A stretch of 32,000 nt of DNA from Vibrio cholerae ATCC 14035 (GCF_000621645.1 NZ_JHXR01000017.1:60001-92000); one strand, 5' to 3'; shown: positions 19,518 through 29,309, numbered from the stretch's first letter. A program made the numbers and translations. The notes: generated by a model not told the origin, from the letters alone.

Positions 19518-20693
19518 TTATTCTTCTTCATCAGCCATAAAGGCTTCGAGCAGATCATTGAGGAACAGTTTGCCCTTTTCTGTGATTTGCCAGTGCAGAT
19601 CATCTTCACTGAGATAGCCTTCATTGAGCGCCCAATCTAAGGTTGGGCGGATCACGTCAATCGTAAGTCCCGTGGTGGCGGTAAAATCGGCTTTCGGGCA
19701 GGGCTCAATCAAGCGAAAGCGGTTCATAAAAAACTCAAACGGCTTGTCTTGATCGGCAACCAACTGCTCGCTATCCAAATAAGCTTTGGCCAGATTGTTC
19801 AACGCTGCCAAGTAGCCGCGCGGGTGCTTGGTTTTGGTGGTGCGGACAATGCGCCCATCAGCAAAACTCAGTTTGCCGTGCGCGCCACAGCCAATCCCGA
19901 GGTAGTCACCAAAGCGCCAATAGTTGAGGTTGTGCTGGCACTGATAGCCCGGCTTGCTGTAGCCAGAAATCTCATACTGCACATACCCTGCATCACTGAG
20001 CTTTTGATGTCCTAACTCGAAAATATCCCATAGCGCATCTTCATCCGGTAGCTTAGGCGGTTTCGAGTAAAACAGCGTGTTGGGTTCAATCGTCAGTTGA
20101 TACCAAGAGAGATGCGGCGGATTGAGCGCGATCGCCTGATCCAAATCGGCCAGTGCTTGCTCGGGCGTTTGATCCGGTAAGCCGTGCATCAAATCCAAAT
20201 TAAAGCTGTTGAGGCCAATTTGGTGGGCGAGCTGAGCGGCGCGAACCGCTTCTTGTTGGCCGTGAATGCGCCCTAAACGCGCTAATTTTTCTGGCTCAAA
20301 ACTCTGCACACCAATCGAAATACGTGTAACCCCAGCGGTGCGATAGCCAGCAAAACGCTGCGCTTCAATCGTGCCGGGGTTGGCTTCCATGGTGATTTCA
20401 ATCTCTGGCTTAAACGCAATACGCTCGGCAACGCCTTGCAGCAAACGCGCGATCCCTTCCGCAGAGATAAGGCTCGGTGTACCACCGCCAATAAAGATCG
20501 AGTGCAGCAGGCGCGGATCTCCCTTGAGCTGGTAACGTTCGATGTCGCGATCCAGATCTTCCAGCAGCGCATCCAAATACTCTTGCTCAGGAATATCGCC
20601 TTTCTGCGCGTGCGAGTTGAAATCGCAATACGGGCATTTCTGCACGCACCACGGAATATGAATGTATAGGCTAAGCGGTGGAGGCGTTAGCAT
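19518..20693 (-). CDS. hemW: Radical-SAM heme chaperone HemW (YggW, HemN-like)
   Basis: [16 protein letters not shown] CxxxCxxC motif, HemN-like fold, 391 aa. Overlaps rdgB by 7 nt. Confidence 0.9.
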   Translation of the reverse strand: MLTPPPLSLYIHIPWCVQKCPYCDFNSHAQKGDIPEQEYLDALLEDLDRDIERYQLKGDPRLLHSIFIGGGTPSLISAEGIARLLQGVAERIAFKPEIEITMEANPGTIEAQRFAGYRTAGVTRISIGVQSFEPEKLARLGRIHGQQEAVRAAQLAHQIGLNSFNLDLMHGLPDQTPEQALADLDQAIALNPPHLSWYQLTIEPNTLFYSKPPKLPDEDALWDIFELGHQKLSDAGYVQYEISGYSKPGYQCQHNLNYWRFGDYLGIGCGAHGKLSFADGRIVRTTKTKHPRGYLAALNNLAKAYLDSEQLVADQDKPFEFFMNRFRLIEPCPKADFTATTGLTIDVIRPTLDWALNEGYLSEDDLHWQITEKGKLFLNDLLEAFMADEEE

Positions 20694-21289
20694 GTACGCT
20701 GCTCTTCGATCGCTTTGAACAGTTTTTGCAGGGCTTTGCCGCGATGGGATAGCTGCTTTTTGCGCACCGGTTCTAGCTCAGCAGAAGCGCAGTTTTCTTC
20801 CGGAACCCAGAAAATCGGATCGTAACCAAAGCCATTGCTGCCGTGTGGTGCGGTGAGGATTTTGCCTTCCCACTTGCCGTGGCAAACGATAGGCGTTGGA
20901 TCATCGGAGTGGCGCATCAACACCAGCACACAATGAAAACGCGCGCTGCGCTGGTTGTCTGGCACATCTTGCATCGCCGCTAGCAGCTTATTGAGATTGT
21001 CGCCGTCGCTGGCATGCTCGCCCGCGTAGCGCGCAGAATAGATGCCCGGCGCGCCGTTTAGGTAATCCACTTCCAAACCGGAATCATCGGCAATCGCCGG
21101 TAAGCCGGTAATTTGCGCGGCATGACGTGCTTTGATGATCGCATTTTCAATAAAAGTGGTGCCTGTTTCTGCCGCTTCAGGGACGTTGAATTCGCTTTGC
21201 GCGACGACATCAAACCCAAAATCGGACAATAGGTCAGCCATTTCACGCACTTTGCCTTGATTGCCCGTGGCTAAAACGATCTTTTTCAT
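20687..21289 (-). CDS. rdgB: dITP/XTP pyrophosphatase RdgB
   Basis: [40 protein letters not shown]. Confidence 0.94.
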   Translation of the reverse strand: MKKIVLATGNQGKVREMADLLSDFGFDVVAQSEFNVPEAAETGTTFIENAIIKARHAAQITGLPAIADDSGLEVDYLNGAPGIYSARYAGEHASDGDNLNKLLAAMQDVPDNQRSARFHCVLVLMRHSDDPTPIVCHGKWEGKILTAPHGSNGFGYDPIFWVPEENCASAELEPVRKKQLSHRGKALQKLFKAIEEQRTC

Positions 21290-21358
21290 GCTGTTCTCTG
21301 TGGTTTATATGGGGAAACCCGACGGCTGCGTCGTAGATTCCCCTGATCTTGTATAAAA

Positions 21359-21790
21359 TTACTGTTCGGTATAGAACTTCTGGCTGAAGGTCAGTTTTCC
21401 CGCCCCTTTCAGACCAGCATCGACATCAATATCAAAGGTCAGCATCTCTTCATTGCTGATCGGCACTTCCGCCAAGTAGTAAATCGCGTTGCCTTCTTTG
21501 ACTTGCTTAAAGCTCAGTTCACGCAAGTTACCAATCAGGTTTTTGGCATGGCCGGTCAGCTTGGCTTCGGTCGCCGGTTTGCCGAGTGACGCGCGATCTA
21601 ACACGCTGATATTGAGAATTGCGGTATAGCCGTTGCGCGTCAGCTGATAACTGCTCGCCACCTTCGGGGTTAAAAAGGTTGAGTTGAACGCCGAATAGTG
21701 AACTTCAATATCTTTAATGGTTTTTTGCTGCTCAGCGCTCGCTGGCAAAGCCAATAGGGTGAGCAGTAGTGACATCATCCATTTACGCAT
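21359..21790 (-). CDS. Secreted protein of unknown function, likely DUF4426 family
   Basis: Signal peptide MRKWMMSLLLTLLALPASA/EQ, beta-rich 143 aa. The family assignment is from memory of the rdgB-adjacent gene in other gammaproteobacteria and is unverified. Confidence 0.65.
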   Translation of the reverse strand: MRKWMMSLLLTLLALPASAEQQKTIKDIEVHYSAFNSTFLTPKVASSYQLTRNGYTAILNISVLDRASLGKPATEAKLTGHAKNLIGNLRELSFKQVKEGNAIYYLAEVPISNEEMLTFDIDVDAGLKGAGKLTFSQKFYTEQ

Positions 21791-21807
21791 AATCGATTCT
21801 CCTTGTG

Positions 21808-21831
21808 AAAAAACTCCCTCAAAGAGGGAGT
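21808..21831 (-). terminator. Rho-independent terminator directly after yggU
   Basis: The minus strand reads actccctc-ttt-gagggagt followed by ttttt, then the aggag RBS of the next gene. Confidence 0.8.
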
Positions 21832-21835
21832 GTGA

Positions 21836-22126
21836 TTATTCAATCAGTGCTGTAATCTCAGCTGGGATCTGGCTTGGCTGTAGGATACGCACTTGTTTGT
21901 GGCGTCCTAGCTCGCCTTTTTCGATCACCACCGAACCTTTCGCCACTTTGCACAGCTTGGCGAGATACTTGCTCAAGTGTGCGTTGGCTTTACCATCAAT
22001 CGGCGGCGCGGTGATGGCGACTTTGAGTTCTTCACCATGTAGGCCAACAATGCTGTCGCGGCTCGCTTTCGGTTGAATATAGAGCCGCAGCAGTAAGTCA
22101 TCTCCTTCGCGCCATACGGCAGCCAT
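21836..22126 (-). CDS. yggU: YggU (DUF167) protein
   Basis: 96 aa, ..[36 protein letters not shown]. The start overlaps the yggT stop (TAATG). Confidence 0.88.
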   Translation of the reverse strand: MAAVWREGDDLLLRLYIQPKASRDSIVGLHGEELKVAITAPPIDGKANAHLSKYLAKLCKVAKGSVVIEKGELGRHKQVRILQPSQIPAEITALIE

Positions 22127-22683
22127 TACAACTGATACCAGATAGGACCAATCACATCGCCCATCAGGAAGTTGGCAAATTGCAGCACAATAAACAGCAC
22201 CAGAATGCTGAGATCAAAGCCGCCCATCACCGGAATAATGCGACGGATCGGCGCGAGCATAGGTTCAGTCAATTGATGGAACACGTATTCGATTGGGCTG
22301 CGGCCTTGGCTGACCCAGCTTAGGATAGCGCGGATCAACAATACCCAGAACAACAAGCCGCCTGCAGCTTTGATCAGAGAGAGCAAGCCGAGGAAGAGGA
22401 AATCTGCACTGAACGACACGGAGCCGCTGGAGGCAATCAAGACTAAGGCCATGAATTTCAGTACGCATAGGACGTACGCAAAAACGATGGTGGCTAAATC
22501 AATGCTGCCAATCGATGGGATCACACGGCGCAGCGGGCCGACCACGGGTTGGGTCGCTTTTACGATAAATTGAGAAAACGGATTGTAGAAATCAGCGCGC
22601 GCGGCTTGCAGCCAAATGCGCAAAATGACCACCATGATGTAGAGGTCAAATAGGGTGTTGATGAGAAAGCTCAGTGAATTCAT
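22126..22683 (-). CDS. yggT: YggT-family integral membrane protein
   Basis: 185 aa, 4-5 TM segments, duplicated YGGT motif region; proC-yggT-yggU order. Confidence 0.88.
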   Translation of the reverse strand: MNSLSFLINTLFDLYIMVVILRIWLQAARADFYNPFSQFIVKATQPVVGPLRRVIPSIGSIDLATIVFAYVLCVLKFMALVLIASSGSVSFSADFLFLGLLSLIKAAGGLLFWVLLIRAILSWVSQGRSPIEYVFHQLTEPMLAPIRRIIPVMGGFDLSILVLFIVLQFANFLMGDVIGPIWYQL

Positions 22684-22736
22684 AAGTTGCCCTTATTGAT
22701 TTGGCGACCGCTCAGTTTGAGTGGACGCCTTAAACA

Positions 22737-23555
22737 TTAAAACAGTTGTTCCATCTCTTGCGCGCGTGTTACCGCCGCTTGCATCGCTTTGGCAACGATG
22801 TCGCTGAGTTGGTGATCGTTAAACGTCTGGATCGCTTGCGCCGTGGTGCCGCCTTTTGACGTCACTTGTTCACGCAAAGTGGTCAGTGAGAGTTCAGGGT
22901 TGGCTTTGACCATGGCGGCCGCACCGAGAGCCGATTGTTGTACTAATAAACGGGCGGTGGCTTCATCAAAGCCTTGCGCCATCGCCTCTTGCTGCATGGC
23001 TTGCATAAACAAGAAGAAATAAGCAGGAGCACTCCCTGCGGCGGCAATCACGCTGTTGATGCCGGATTCGTTTTCTACCCAGCACACTTCGCCCACGCTT
23101 TGCATCAGTTGTGTGGTAAAGGCTTTATCCGCTTCGCTTACCGAATCAGGGGCGTACAAACCGCTCATGCCAAGGTTTACCAGTGATGGCGTATTGGGCA
23201 TCACACGCACTAAATTGAGCTGGGTGGCCAGCATCTCATTGAGTCTTTTGACTGACACACCCGCCGCAATCGAGATAACTAACTTTCCAGAGAAATCGAC
23301 CGCTTGCAGCGGTTTACACACCTCAGCCATCAGCTGCGGTTTGACCGCTAACACCACCACATCCGCTTGTTGCGCCGCTTGCTGGTTATCGCTGGTGGTG
23401 CGAATACCGTATTGCGCTTCAAGAGGCTCGCGGCGCGTGAGTGAAGGGGCGGTTGCGATGATCTTATCGGCGGCGTAACCACTGGCAATCAATCCCGCAA
23501 TGATGGCGCGTGCCATGTTACCTGCGCCAATAAAGGCGATGCTTCTCTGTTCCAT
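22737..23555 (-). CDS. proC: Pyrroline-5-carboxylate reductase
   Basis: IAFIGAGNMA Rossmann motif; C-terminal ..VTSKGGTT motif. Confidence 0.95.
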   Translation of the reverse strand: MEQRSIAFIGAGNMARAIIAGLIASGYAADKIIATAPSLTRREPLEAQYGIRTTSDNQQAAQQADVVVLAVKPQLMAEVCKPLQAVDFSGKLVISIAAGVSVKRLNEMLATQLNLVRVMPNTPSLVNLGMSGLYAPDSVSEADKAFTTQLMQSVGEVCWVENESGINSVIAAAGSAPAYFFLFMQAMQQEAMAQGFDEATARLLVQQSALGAAAMVKANPELSLTTLREQVTSKGGTTAQAIQTFNDHQLSDIVAKAMQAAVTRAQEMEQLF

Positions 23556-23607
23556 TCGATACTCTCAAATTTAAAAGGGGCACTCGTTGCAATGAGCATC
23601 CCAAACG

Positions 23608-24318
23608 TTAAGCGTTGCGGCTGTAATCGCGCTCGCCGAAAATCGCGGTACCAATACGCACTATGGTGCTGCCTGCTTCAATCGCTGCTTGCATGTCGCC
23701 ACTCATACCCATGGATAAGGTGTCAATCTGCGGGTATTTCTGAGCCAGTTGTTGCTGCAATTCGGCTAATTGGGAAAATGCCGCCAGTTGCGCAGGGTAA
23801 TCCGGCACGTTCTCAGGAATTGACATCAGCCCTCTTAAGGTGAGGTTTGGCAGACGAGAAATCAATTCAGCTAATGTAAATAATTGCTGCGGTTCGATGC
23901 CAGATTTTGAGGCTTCACCGCTGGTGTTGACCTGAATCAGCACTTGCAGCGGTGGCATATCCACAGGGCGCTGTTCACTGAGGCGCAAGGCAATTTTCTC
24001 GCGATCAATGGTGTGAACCCAGTCAAAATGCTCTGCCACTAAGCGCGTTTTATTCGACTGTAGTGGACCGATAAAGTGCCACTCCAGTGCTAACTGCGGG
24101 TGATGTTCGGCAAAATAGCGGATTTTATCCACGCCTTCCTGCACATAATTCTCACCAAAGTAGCGTTGACCTGCTTGAGTCGCCTCAAGAATTGCCTCGA
24201 CGGGTTTAGTTTTACTTACCGCGAGAAGTTGCACACTGCTTCGAGCGCGTCCACACTTTTGTTGTGCGCTCTCAATCTGTGCAGTGATATGTTCAATGTT
24301 TTGTTGAATACTACGCAT
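23608..24318 (-). CDS. yggS: PLP-binding homeostasis protein YggS
   Basis: ..LLAVSKTKP (PLP lysine)..FGENYVQE..WHFIG.LQSNK..LSMGMS.D. Confidence 0.94.
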   Translation of the reverse strand: MRSIQQNIEHITAQIESAQQKCGRARSSVQLLAVSKTKPVEAILEATQAGQRYFGENYVQEGVDKIRYFAEHHPQLALEWHFIGPLQSNKTRLVAEHFDWVHTIDREKIALRLSEQRPVDMPPLQVLIQVNTSGEASKSGIEPQQLFTLAELISRLPNLTLRGLMSIPENVPDYPAQLAAFSQLAELQQQLAQKYPQIDTLSMGMSGDMQAAIEAGSTIVRIGTAIFGERDYSRNA

Positions 24319-24343
24319 AGCCAGACTTTATTAAGGAATTTAA

Positions 24344-25381
24344 ATGGATATCGCTGAGTTACTGGAATTTAGTGTAAAACATAACGCCTCAGATCTACAT
24401 CTTTCCGCAGGTGTTCCGCCTATGGTACGGATTGATGGCGAAGTTAGGAAGCTTGGCGTGCCTGCTTTTACCCATTCTGATGTACATCGCTTGATTTTTG
24501 AGATCATGAATGATGCCCAGCGCAGTGAATATGAAGAGAAATTAGAAGTCGATTTTTCTTTTGAACTGCCTAATGTTGGCCGTTTCCGGGTTAACGCGTT
24601 TCATCAAGCGCGCGGATGCTCGGCGGTGTTTCGTACCATTCCCACTGTCATCCCGACGCTAGAGCAACTGGATGCTCCTGAAATCTTCAGCAAAATTGCC
24701 AATTATGAAAAAGGGTTAGTTTTAGTGACTGGGCCAACGGGCTCGGGTAAGTCGACGACCTTGGCGGCGATGGTGAACTATGTCAATGCTCATCACAATA
24801 AGCATATTTTGACCATTGAAGATCCGATTGAATTTGTGCACAGCAACAATAAGTGTTTGATCAACCAACGCGAAGTGCACCGTGATACCCACAGTTTTAA
24901 AAATGCATTGCGCTCGGCATTGCGTGAAGACCCAGATGTGATCCTCGTCGGTGAGCTGCGTGACCAAGAAACCATTAGCTTGGCGCTTACTGCGGCAGAA
25001 ACCGGTCACTTGGTGTTTGGCACTCTACACACCAGCTCGGCGGCGAAAACTATTGACCGGATTATCGATGTTTTTCCGGGCAGCGACAAAGACATGGTGC
25101 GTTCCATGCTGTCGGAATCGCTGCGTGCGGTTATTGCGCAAAAACTCCTAAAACGCGTCGGGGGTGGCCGTGTCGCGTGTCATGAAATCATGCTGGCAAC
25201 GCCAGCGATCCGGAACTTGATCCGTGAAGATAAAGTGGCGCAGATGTATTCGATCATCCAAACCGGTGCCGCACACGGCATGCAAACCATGGAGCAAAAC
25301 GCCAAACAGCTGATCGCTCGTGGTGTGGTGGATGCGCAAGAAGTACAGAGCAAAATCGAGTTGGATTTAAAAGCATTTTAG
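24344..25381 (+). CDS. pilT: Type IV pilus retraction ATPase PilT
   Basis: ..ASDLHL..PPMVRIDG.., Walker A GPTGSGKST, Asp/His boxes, AIRNLIRE motif, 345 aa. Confidence 0.95.
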   Translation: MDIAELLEFSVKHNASDLHLSAGVPPMVRIDGEVRKLGVPAFTHSDVHRLIFEIMNDAQRSEYEEKLEVDFSFELPNVGRFRVNAFHQARGCSAVFRTIPTVIPTLEQLDAPEIFSKIANYEKGLVLVTGPTGSGKSTTLAAMVNYVNAHHNKHILTIEDPIEFVHSNNKCLINQREVHRDTHSFKNALRSALREDPDVILVGELRDQETISLALTAAETGHLVFGTLHTSSAAKTIDRIIDVFPGSDKDMVRSMLSESLRAVIAQKLLKRVGGGRVACHEIMLATPAIRNLIREDKVAQMYSIIQTGAAHGMQTMEQNAKQLIARGVVDAQEVQSKIELDLKAF

Positions 25382-25395
25382 GTAGGTAAAGACAG

Positions 25396-26502
25396 ATGGA
25401 GTTGAATCAATATCTGGATAGCATGCTGACTCATAAAGCATCGGATCTGTACATTACGGTGGGTGCACCGATTTTGTATCGAGTCGATGGTGAATTGCGT
25501 GCACAAGGTGAAGCGCTCAGCGTGGCGGATGTGACGGCCTTATTGCATGCGATGATGGATGACGCAAGGCAAGCAGAATTTAAGCAGACGCGCGAAGCGA
25601 ACTTTGCTGTGGTGCGTGACAGTGGCCGTTTTCGGGTCAGTGCATTTTTCCAACGTGAATTGCCGGGGGCGGTGATCCGCCGGATTGAAACGCGCATTCC
25701 CACCTTTGAAGAACTGAAATTGCCTGAAGTGCTGCAAAATTTGGCGATTGCCAAACGCGGTTTAGTGTTGGTGGTTGGCGCAACCGGTTCGGGTAAATCG
25801 ACCACTATGGCAGCCATGACTGGCTATCGTAATCAGCATCGCACCGGGCATATTTTGACGGTCGAAGATCCCATTGAGTTTGTACATGAACATAAGCGCT
25901 GTATCGTGACGCAGCGAGAAGTCGGGCTGGATACCGAAAGTTATGAAGTGGCGCTGAAAAACTCGCTGCGCCAAGCCCCCGATATGATTTTGATTGGTGA
26001 AATCCGCAGCCGAGAAACCATGGAATACGCGATGACTTTCGCGGAAACGGGGCATTTGTGTATGGCCACGCTGCACGCCAATAACGCCAACCAAGCGTTA
26101 GAGCGGATTTTGCATTTAGTGCCGAAAGAGCAGCGTGAGCAGTTTTTGCTCGATTTGTCACTCAACCTCAAAGGCGTGATTGCCCAGCAATTATTGCGCG
26201 ATAAAAATGGCAAAGGTCGACATGGGGTGTTTGAAGTGTTGCTCAATAGCCCGCGTATCGCGGATTTAATTCGCCGCGGTGAACTGCATGAGCTGAAAGC
26301 GACCATGGCTCGTTCGCAAGAAGTGGGGATGCAAACTTTCGATCAAGCCTTATACCAGCTTGTGGTGGATGACAAAATCAGTGAGCAAGATGCCCTGCAC
26401 AGTGCCGATTCAGCCAACGATCTGCGTTTGATGCTCAAAACCAAGCGTGGTGATGACTACGGCAGCGGCTCTTTGCAGAATGTGAAGATTGATATGGAGT
26501 AG
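25396..26502 (+). CDS. pilU: PilT-paralogue ATPase PilU
   Basis: ..ASDLYIT.., Walker A GATGSGKST, 368 aa, immediately downstream of pilT. Confidence 0.93.
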   Translation: MELNQYLDSMLTHKASDLYITVGAPILYRVDGELRAQGEALSVADVTALLHAMMDDARQAEFKQTREANFAVVRDSGRFRVSAFFQRELPGAVIRRIETRIPTFEELKLPEVLQNLAIAKRGLVLVVGATGSGKSTTMAAMTGYRNQHRTGHILTVEDPIEFVHEHKRCIVTQREVGLDTESYEVALKNSLRQAPDMILIGEIRSRETMEYAMTFAETGHLCMATLHANNANQALERILHLVPKEQREQFLLDLSLNLKGVIAQQLLRDKNGKGRHGVFEVLLNSPRIADLIRRGELHELKATMARSQEVGMQTFDQALYQLVVDDKISEQDALHSADSANDLRLMLKTKRGDDYGSGSLQNVKIDME

Positions 26503-26560
26503 CGATGGTTACTTTGTGCGCTTTGCTTTTACGCCCTGCAACTCAAGCGAGTTTGGGATA
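26503..26560 (+). repeat. Solo right-arm remnant of the ERIC-like repeat
   Basis: cgatggttactttgtgcgctttgcttttacgccctgcaactcaagcgagtttgggata aligns with the right third of the copy at 19300-19482. There is no left arm or core. Confidence 0.6.
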
Positions 26561-26619
26561 GAGCTTCGAGTCTGGATTGGGCATACTGCCACTTTCTCGG
26601 CTGAATGGGTGGAGTGCGC

Positions 26620-27417
26620 ATGCCGATCACGACTCAAGAGTATCTCGCATTAGGTGACGCGATTGCGGCGTTAAAGACGCCGCAATTTACGTCGCATCTT
26701 GTGGCAGTGCTACGCTGTATTGCCGATTTTGATTGCGCGGTGATCTTGGGCTATCGTCCCAACAAACATCCGATTTATCTGTATGACTCGCTCTCGATCC
26801 AGCGTGAGCTGCTGTTTCAGCGTTATCTGACTCATGCTTATCTTGATGATCCTTTCTATAGCGCTTTGCAGCACAACACGCGCTCAGGGGTGTTTCATCT
26901 TTCCGATTTAATGCCGCTCAATCCACAGCAAAAAGCCTATCAACACCAGTTTTATGCGCAAACCGGTTGGCAAGATGAAGTGAGTTTGGTGGTCAATCTT
27001 GATGGCGAGCGTTCGATTGTGGTGTATCTCGGCTGCTTTAAGCCGCGCTCTTTTCCACGCGAACAGATTGCCGCGTTGCAACAGCGGTTTACCGTGTTGC
27101 AAGCCTTGTGTCAGCAGCATTGGCAGCAGCAGCCACTGCGGTTAGCGGAAAGTGCGCAGCCAAGCCAAGAGTTACGGACTTGGGTTGAACAGGCGATCCA
27201 GAGTTTTGGCGCGCAGCGTTTAAGCCCGCGAGAGCAGGAGATCACCGCACTGCTCATCCAAGGTTTAGACTCACAAGAAATTGCCGATGCGCTGGCCATC
27301 AGCCACGGCACAGTCAAAAATCATCGTAAACGCATCTATGCGCAGCTGCATGTCAGCTCGTTAAGCGAGCTGTTTCAACTGTTTCTCAATCATCTGATTG
27401 GCGCAGCCGCGGATTAG
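26620..27417 (+). CDS. LuxR/GerE-family transcriptional regulator with an uncharacterised ~190-aa N-terminal domain (solo)
   Basis: C-terminal HTH LSPREQEITALLIQGLDSQEIADALAISHGTVKNHRKRIYAQL. ATG at 26620 has a ggtggag RBS; the track start is 26605. There is no adjacent kinase or synthase gene. Confidence 0.8.
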   Translation: MPITTQEYLALGDAIAALKTPQFTSHLVAVLRCIADFDCAVILGYRPNKHPIYLYDSLSIQRELLFQRYLTHAYLDDPFYSALQHNTRSGVFHLSDLMPLNPQQKAYQHQFYAQTGWQDEVSLVVNLDGERSIVVYLGCFKPRSFPREQIAALQQRFTVLQALCQQHWQQQPLRLAESAQPSQELRTWVEQAIQSFGAQRLSPREQEITALLIQGLDSQEIADALAISHGTVKNHRKRIYAQLHVSSLSELFQLFLNHLIGAAAD

Positions 27418-27453
27418 GCTGTCTCTCTTCCTTCGGTCATCAATCACCAAGAT

Positions 27454-27469
27454 TGTCCCTTTAGGGACA
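27454..27469. other. Perfect dyad TGTCCC-TTTA-GGGACA between the regulator gene and tyrS
   Basis: Direct read. 6-bp arms with a 4-nt spacer and no flanking T-run. Confidence 0.4.
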
Positions 27470-27525
27470 TCGCGCCTCAGGTTTAAAGTTGGTTACTCTG
27501 CTTGCCAAGACTTTTGGGAGGCAGA

Positions 27526-28806
27526 ATGAATTCACAGCAACTTTTTGATGATTTACAGCAGCGCGGTTTGATCGCGCAAAGCACACCTTTGGAGGCGCTG
27601 GTTGAGCGCTTTGCCACACCGCAAGTGCTGTATTGCGGTTTTGACCCCACCGCAGGCAGTTTGCACATCGGTCATTTGGTGCCACTGCTGATGCTTAAGC
27701 GTTTTCAAAACGCCGGACATCAAGCGATTGCGCTTATCGGGGGGGCTACAGGCATGATTGGCGATCCAAGCTTTAAAGCCAACGAGCGGGTGCTCAATAG
27801 TGCGCAAACCGTGCAGCAGTGGGTGAGTGATTTAAGCCAGCAAATCACGCAATTGATGGTCTCGCAGAGCGAAAACTGCGCATCGCTGATGACCGTCAAT
27901 AATGCCGATTGGATCGGCAAGATCAATCTGATCGATTTTTTCCGCGATGTGGGCAAGCACTTTTCAGTCAATACTATGATTAATCGTGAATCGGTAAAGC
28001 AGCGTTTGGCGCGTCCGGATCAAGGCATCTCTTTTACTGAGTTCAGTTACTCTTTGCTGCAATCTTATGACTTTGCGCATCTCAATCGTGAGTTTGGTTG
28101 CGCACTGCAAATTGGTGGCAATGATCAGTGGGGCAATATTGTCAGCGGAATTGATTTGACCCGTCGCCTGAATGGGGCTGAGGTGTGTGGTTTAACTCTG
28201 CCGCTCATTACCAAATCCGATGGCACTAAATTTGGTAAAACCGAAAGTGGTGCCGTGTGGCTTGAGAGCAGTAAAACCTCGCCGTATCGCTTCTACCAGT
28301 TTTGGTTAAACAGTGATGATGCGGATGTATACCGCTTTTTAGCGTATTACACCTTTTTGAGCACGGCTGAGATTGAGGAAATCCGCCAAGCCGATGCGTT
28401 ACGTGCAGGCAAGCCACAAGCGCAGCAGATTTTGGCAGAGCACGTGACCCGTTTTGTGCATGGTGAAGAGGGACTCGCCGCGGCGCAGCGGATTACTCAA
28501 GCGCTGTTTAGCGGGGATGTCAGCTATCTCAGCTTGAGTGAGTTGGCTCAGTTAGAGCTGGATGGTTTGCCTTGTGTGGCGGCATCACGCAGCGATTCCT
28601 TACTCGATTTTCTGCTTAGCTCAGGTTTAGCCAGTTCTAAGCGCCAAGCGCGCGAGTGGCTGGAGAATGGTGCGATTCGCGTCAATGGTGAGCGAGTACA
28701 GCAAGAGGGTGTGTTATCCGGCTTTGCTCTGTTTGATCGCTACTATGTGTTGCAACGCGGTAAGAAGCAGTTTGCTTTGATCAAATTGGAAGGTTTGGCT
28801 GAGTAA
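27526..28806 (+). CDS. tyrS: Tyrosine--tRNA ligase
   Basis: Colinear with E. coli TyrS, with HIGH motif (LHIGH), KMSKS-type KFGKT and a C-terminal S4 domain. ATG at 27526 follows ggagg; the track TTG start at 27502 is an over-extension. Confidence 0.95.
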   Translation: MNSQQLFDDLQQRGLIAQSTPLEALVERFATPQVLYCGFDPTAGSLHIGHLVPLLMLKRFQNAGHQAIALIGGATGMIGDPSFKANERVLNSAQTVQQWVSDLSQQITQLMVSQSENCASLMTVNNADWIGKINLIDFFRDVGKHFSVNTMINRESVKQRLARPDQGISFTEFSYSLLQSYDFAHLNREFGCALQIGGNDQWGNIVSGIDLTRRLNGAEVCGLTLPLITKSDGTKFGKTESGAVWLESSKTSPYRFYQFWLNSDDADVYRFLAYYTFLSTAEIEEIRQADALRAGKPQAQQILAEHVTRFVHGEEGLAAAQRITQALFSGDVSYLSLSELAQLELDGLPCVAASRSDSLLDFLLSSGLASSKRQAREWLENGAIRVNGERVQQEGVLSGFALFDRYYVLQRGKKQFALIKLEGLAE

Positions 28807-28835
28807 TCACAGCGATTCTACTCGGCCAAGAAAAG

Positions 28836-28855
28836 CAGTGGGGTTAGCCCCACTG
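28836..28855. terminator. Hairpin between convergent tyrS and ruvX, overlapping the ruvX stop codon
   Basis: cagtgggg-ttag-ccccactg. The loop contains the ruvX stop (tta on the plus strand). The minus strand is followed by cttttctt. Confidence 0.6.
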
Positions 28856-29266
28856 ACTTTCAAACCAACTCTCTAGAATAATCACCGCCGATTGGCAGTC
28901 CACATTGCCTTTGCTCAGTGCTTTGTAACCGCCCATGGCGAACAGTTCTGCGCGCGCTTCGGTGGTGGAAAGACGCTCATCATGCAGTTCTACGGGCAAA
29001 CCAAAACGGCCATGCAAACGCTGAGCGAACTTCTTCGCGCGTGGGGTGATGGTGTCCAGATCTTTGCCGTGCAGATCGGTAGGCAGGCCAACAATCAATA
29101 AATTGGGTTGCCACTCTTTGATCTGTTTTTCAATTTCATCCCAATTGGGGATGCCATCATTGGCTTTAAACGCTTTCAGCGGAGACGCCGTGCCCGTGAT
29201 CTCTTGACCGATTGCACTGCCAATGCTTTTGGTGCCGTAATCAAAGGCCATAACGGTACGTGACAT
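28844..29266 (-). CDS. ruvX: Holliday-junction-resolvase-like nuclease / pre-16S rRNA maturation factor RuvX (YqgF)
   Basis: 140 aa, ..[12 protein letters not shown]..; yqgE-yqgF order. Confidence 0.93.
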
Positions 29267-29309
29267 GCGATATCTCTTTTAATAAAAAATGTTCAATAAA
29301 AAATGACAG

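Noticed and set aside
25431-26306. Several 110-128-aa minus-strand ORFs. The same reasoning applies to 31085-31627, 23056-23478, 8595-9017, 15807-16238, 16399-17075 and 29818-30243
   Set aside because: All are antisense to, or out of frame within, well-supported genes (pilU, rsmE, proC, lptD, yggX/mutY, gshB). They are low-complexity Arg/Ser/Cys-rich translations with no start context.
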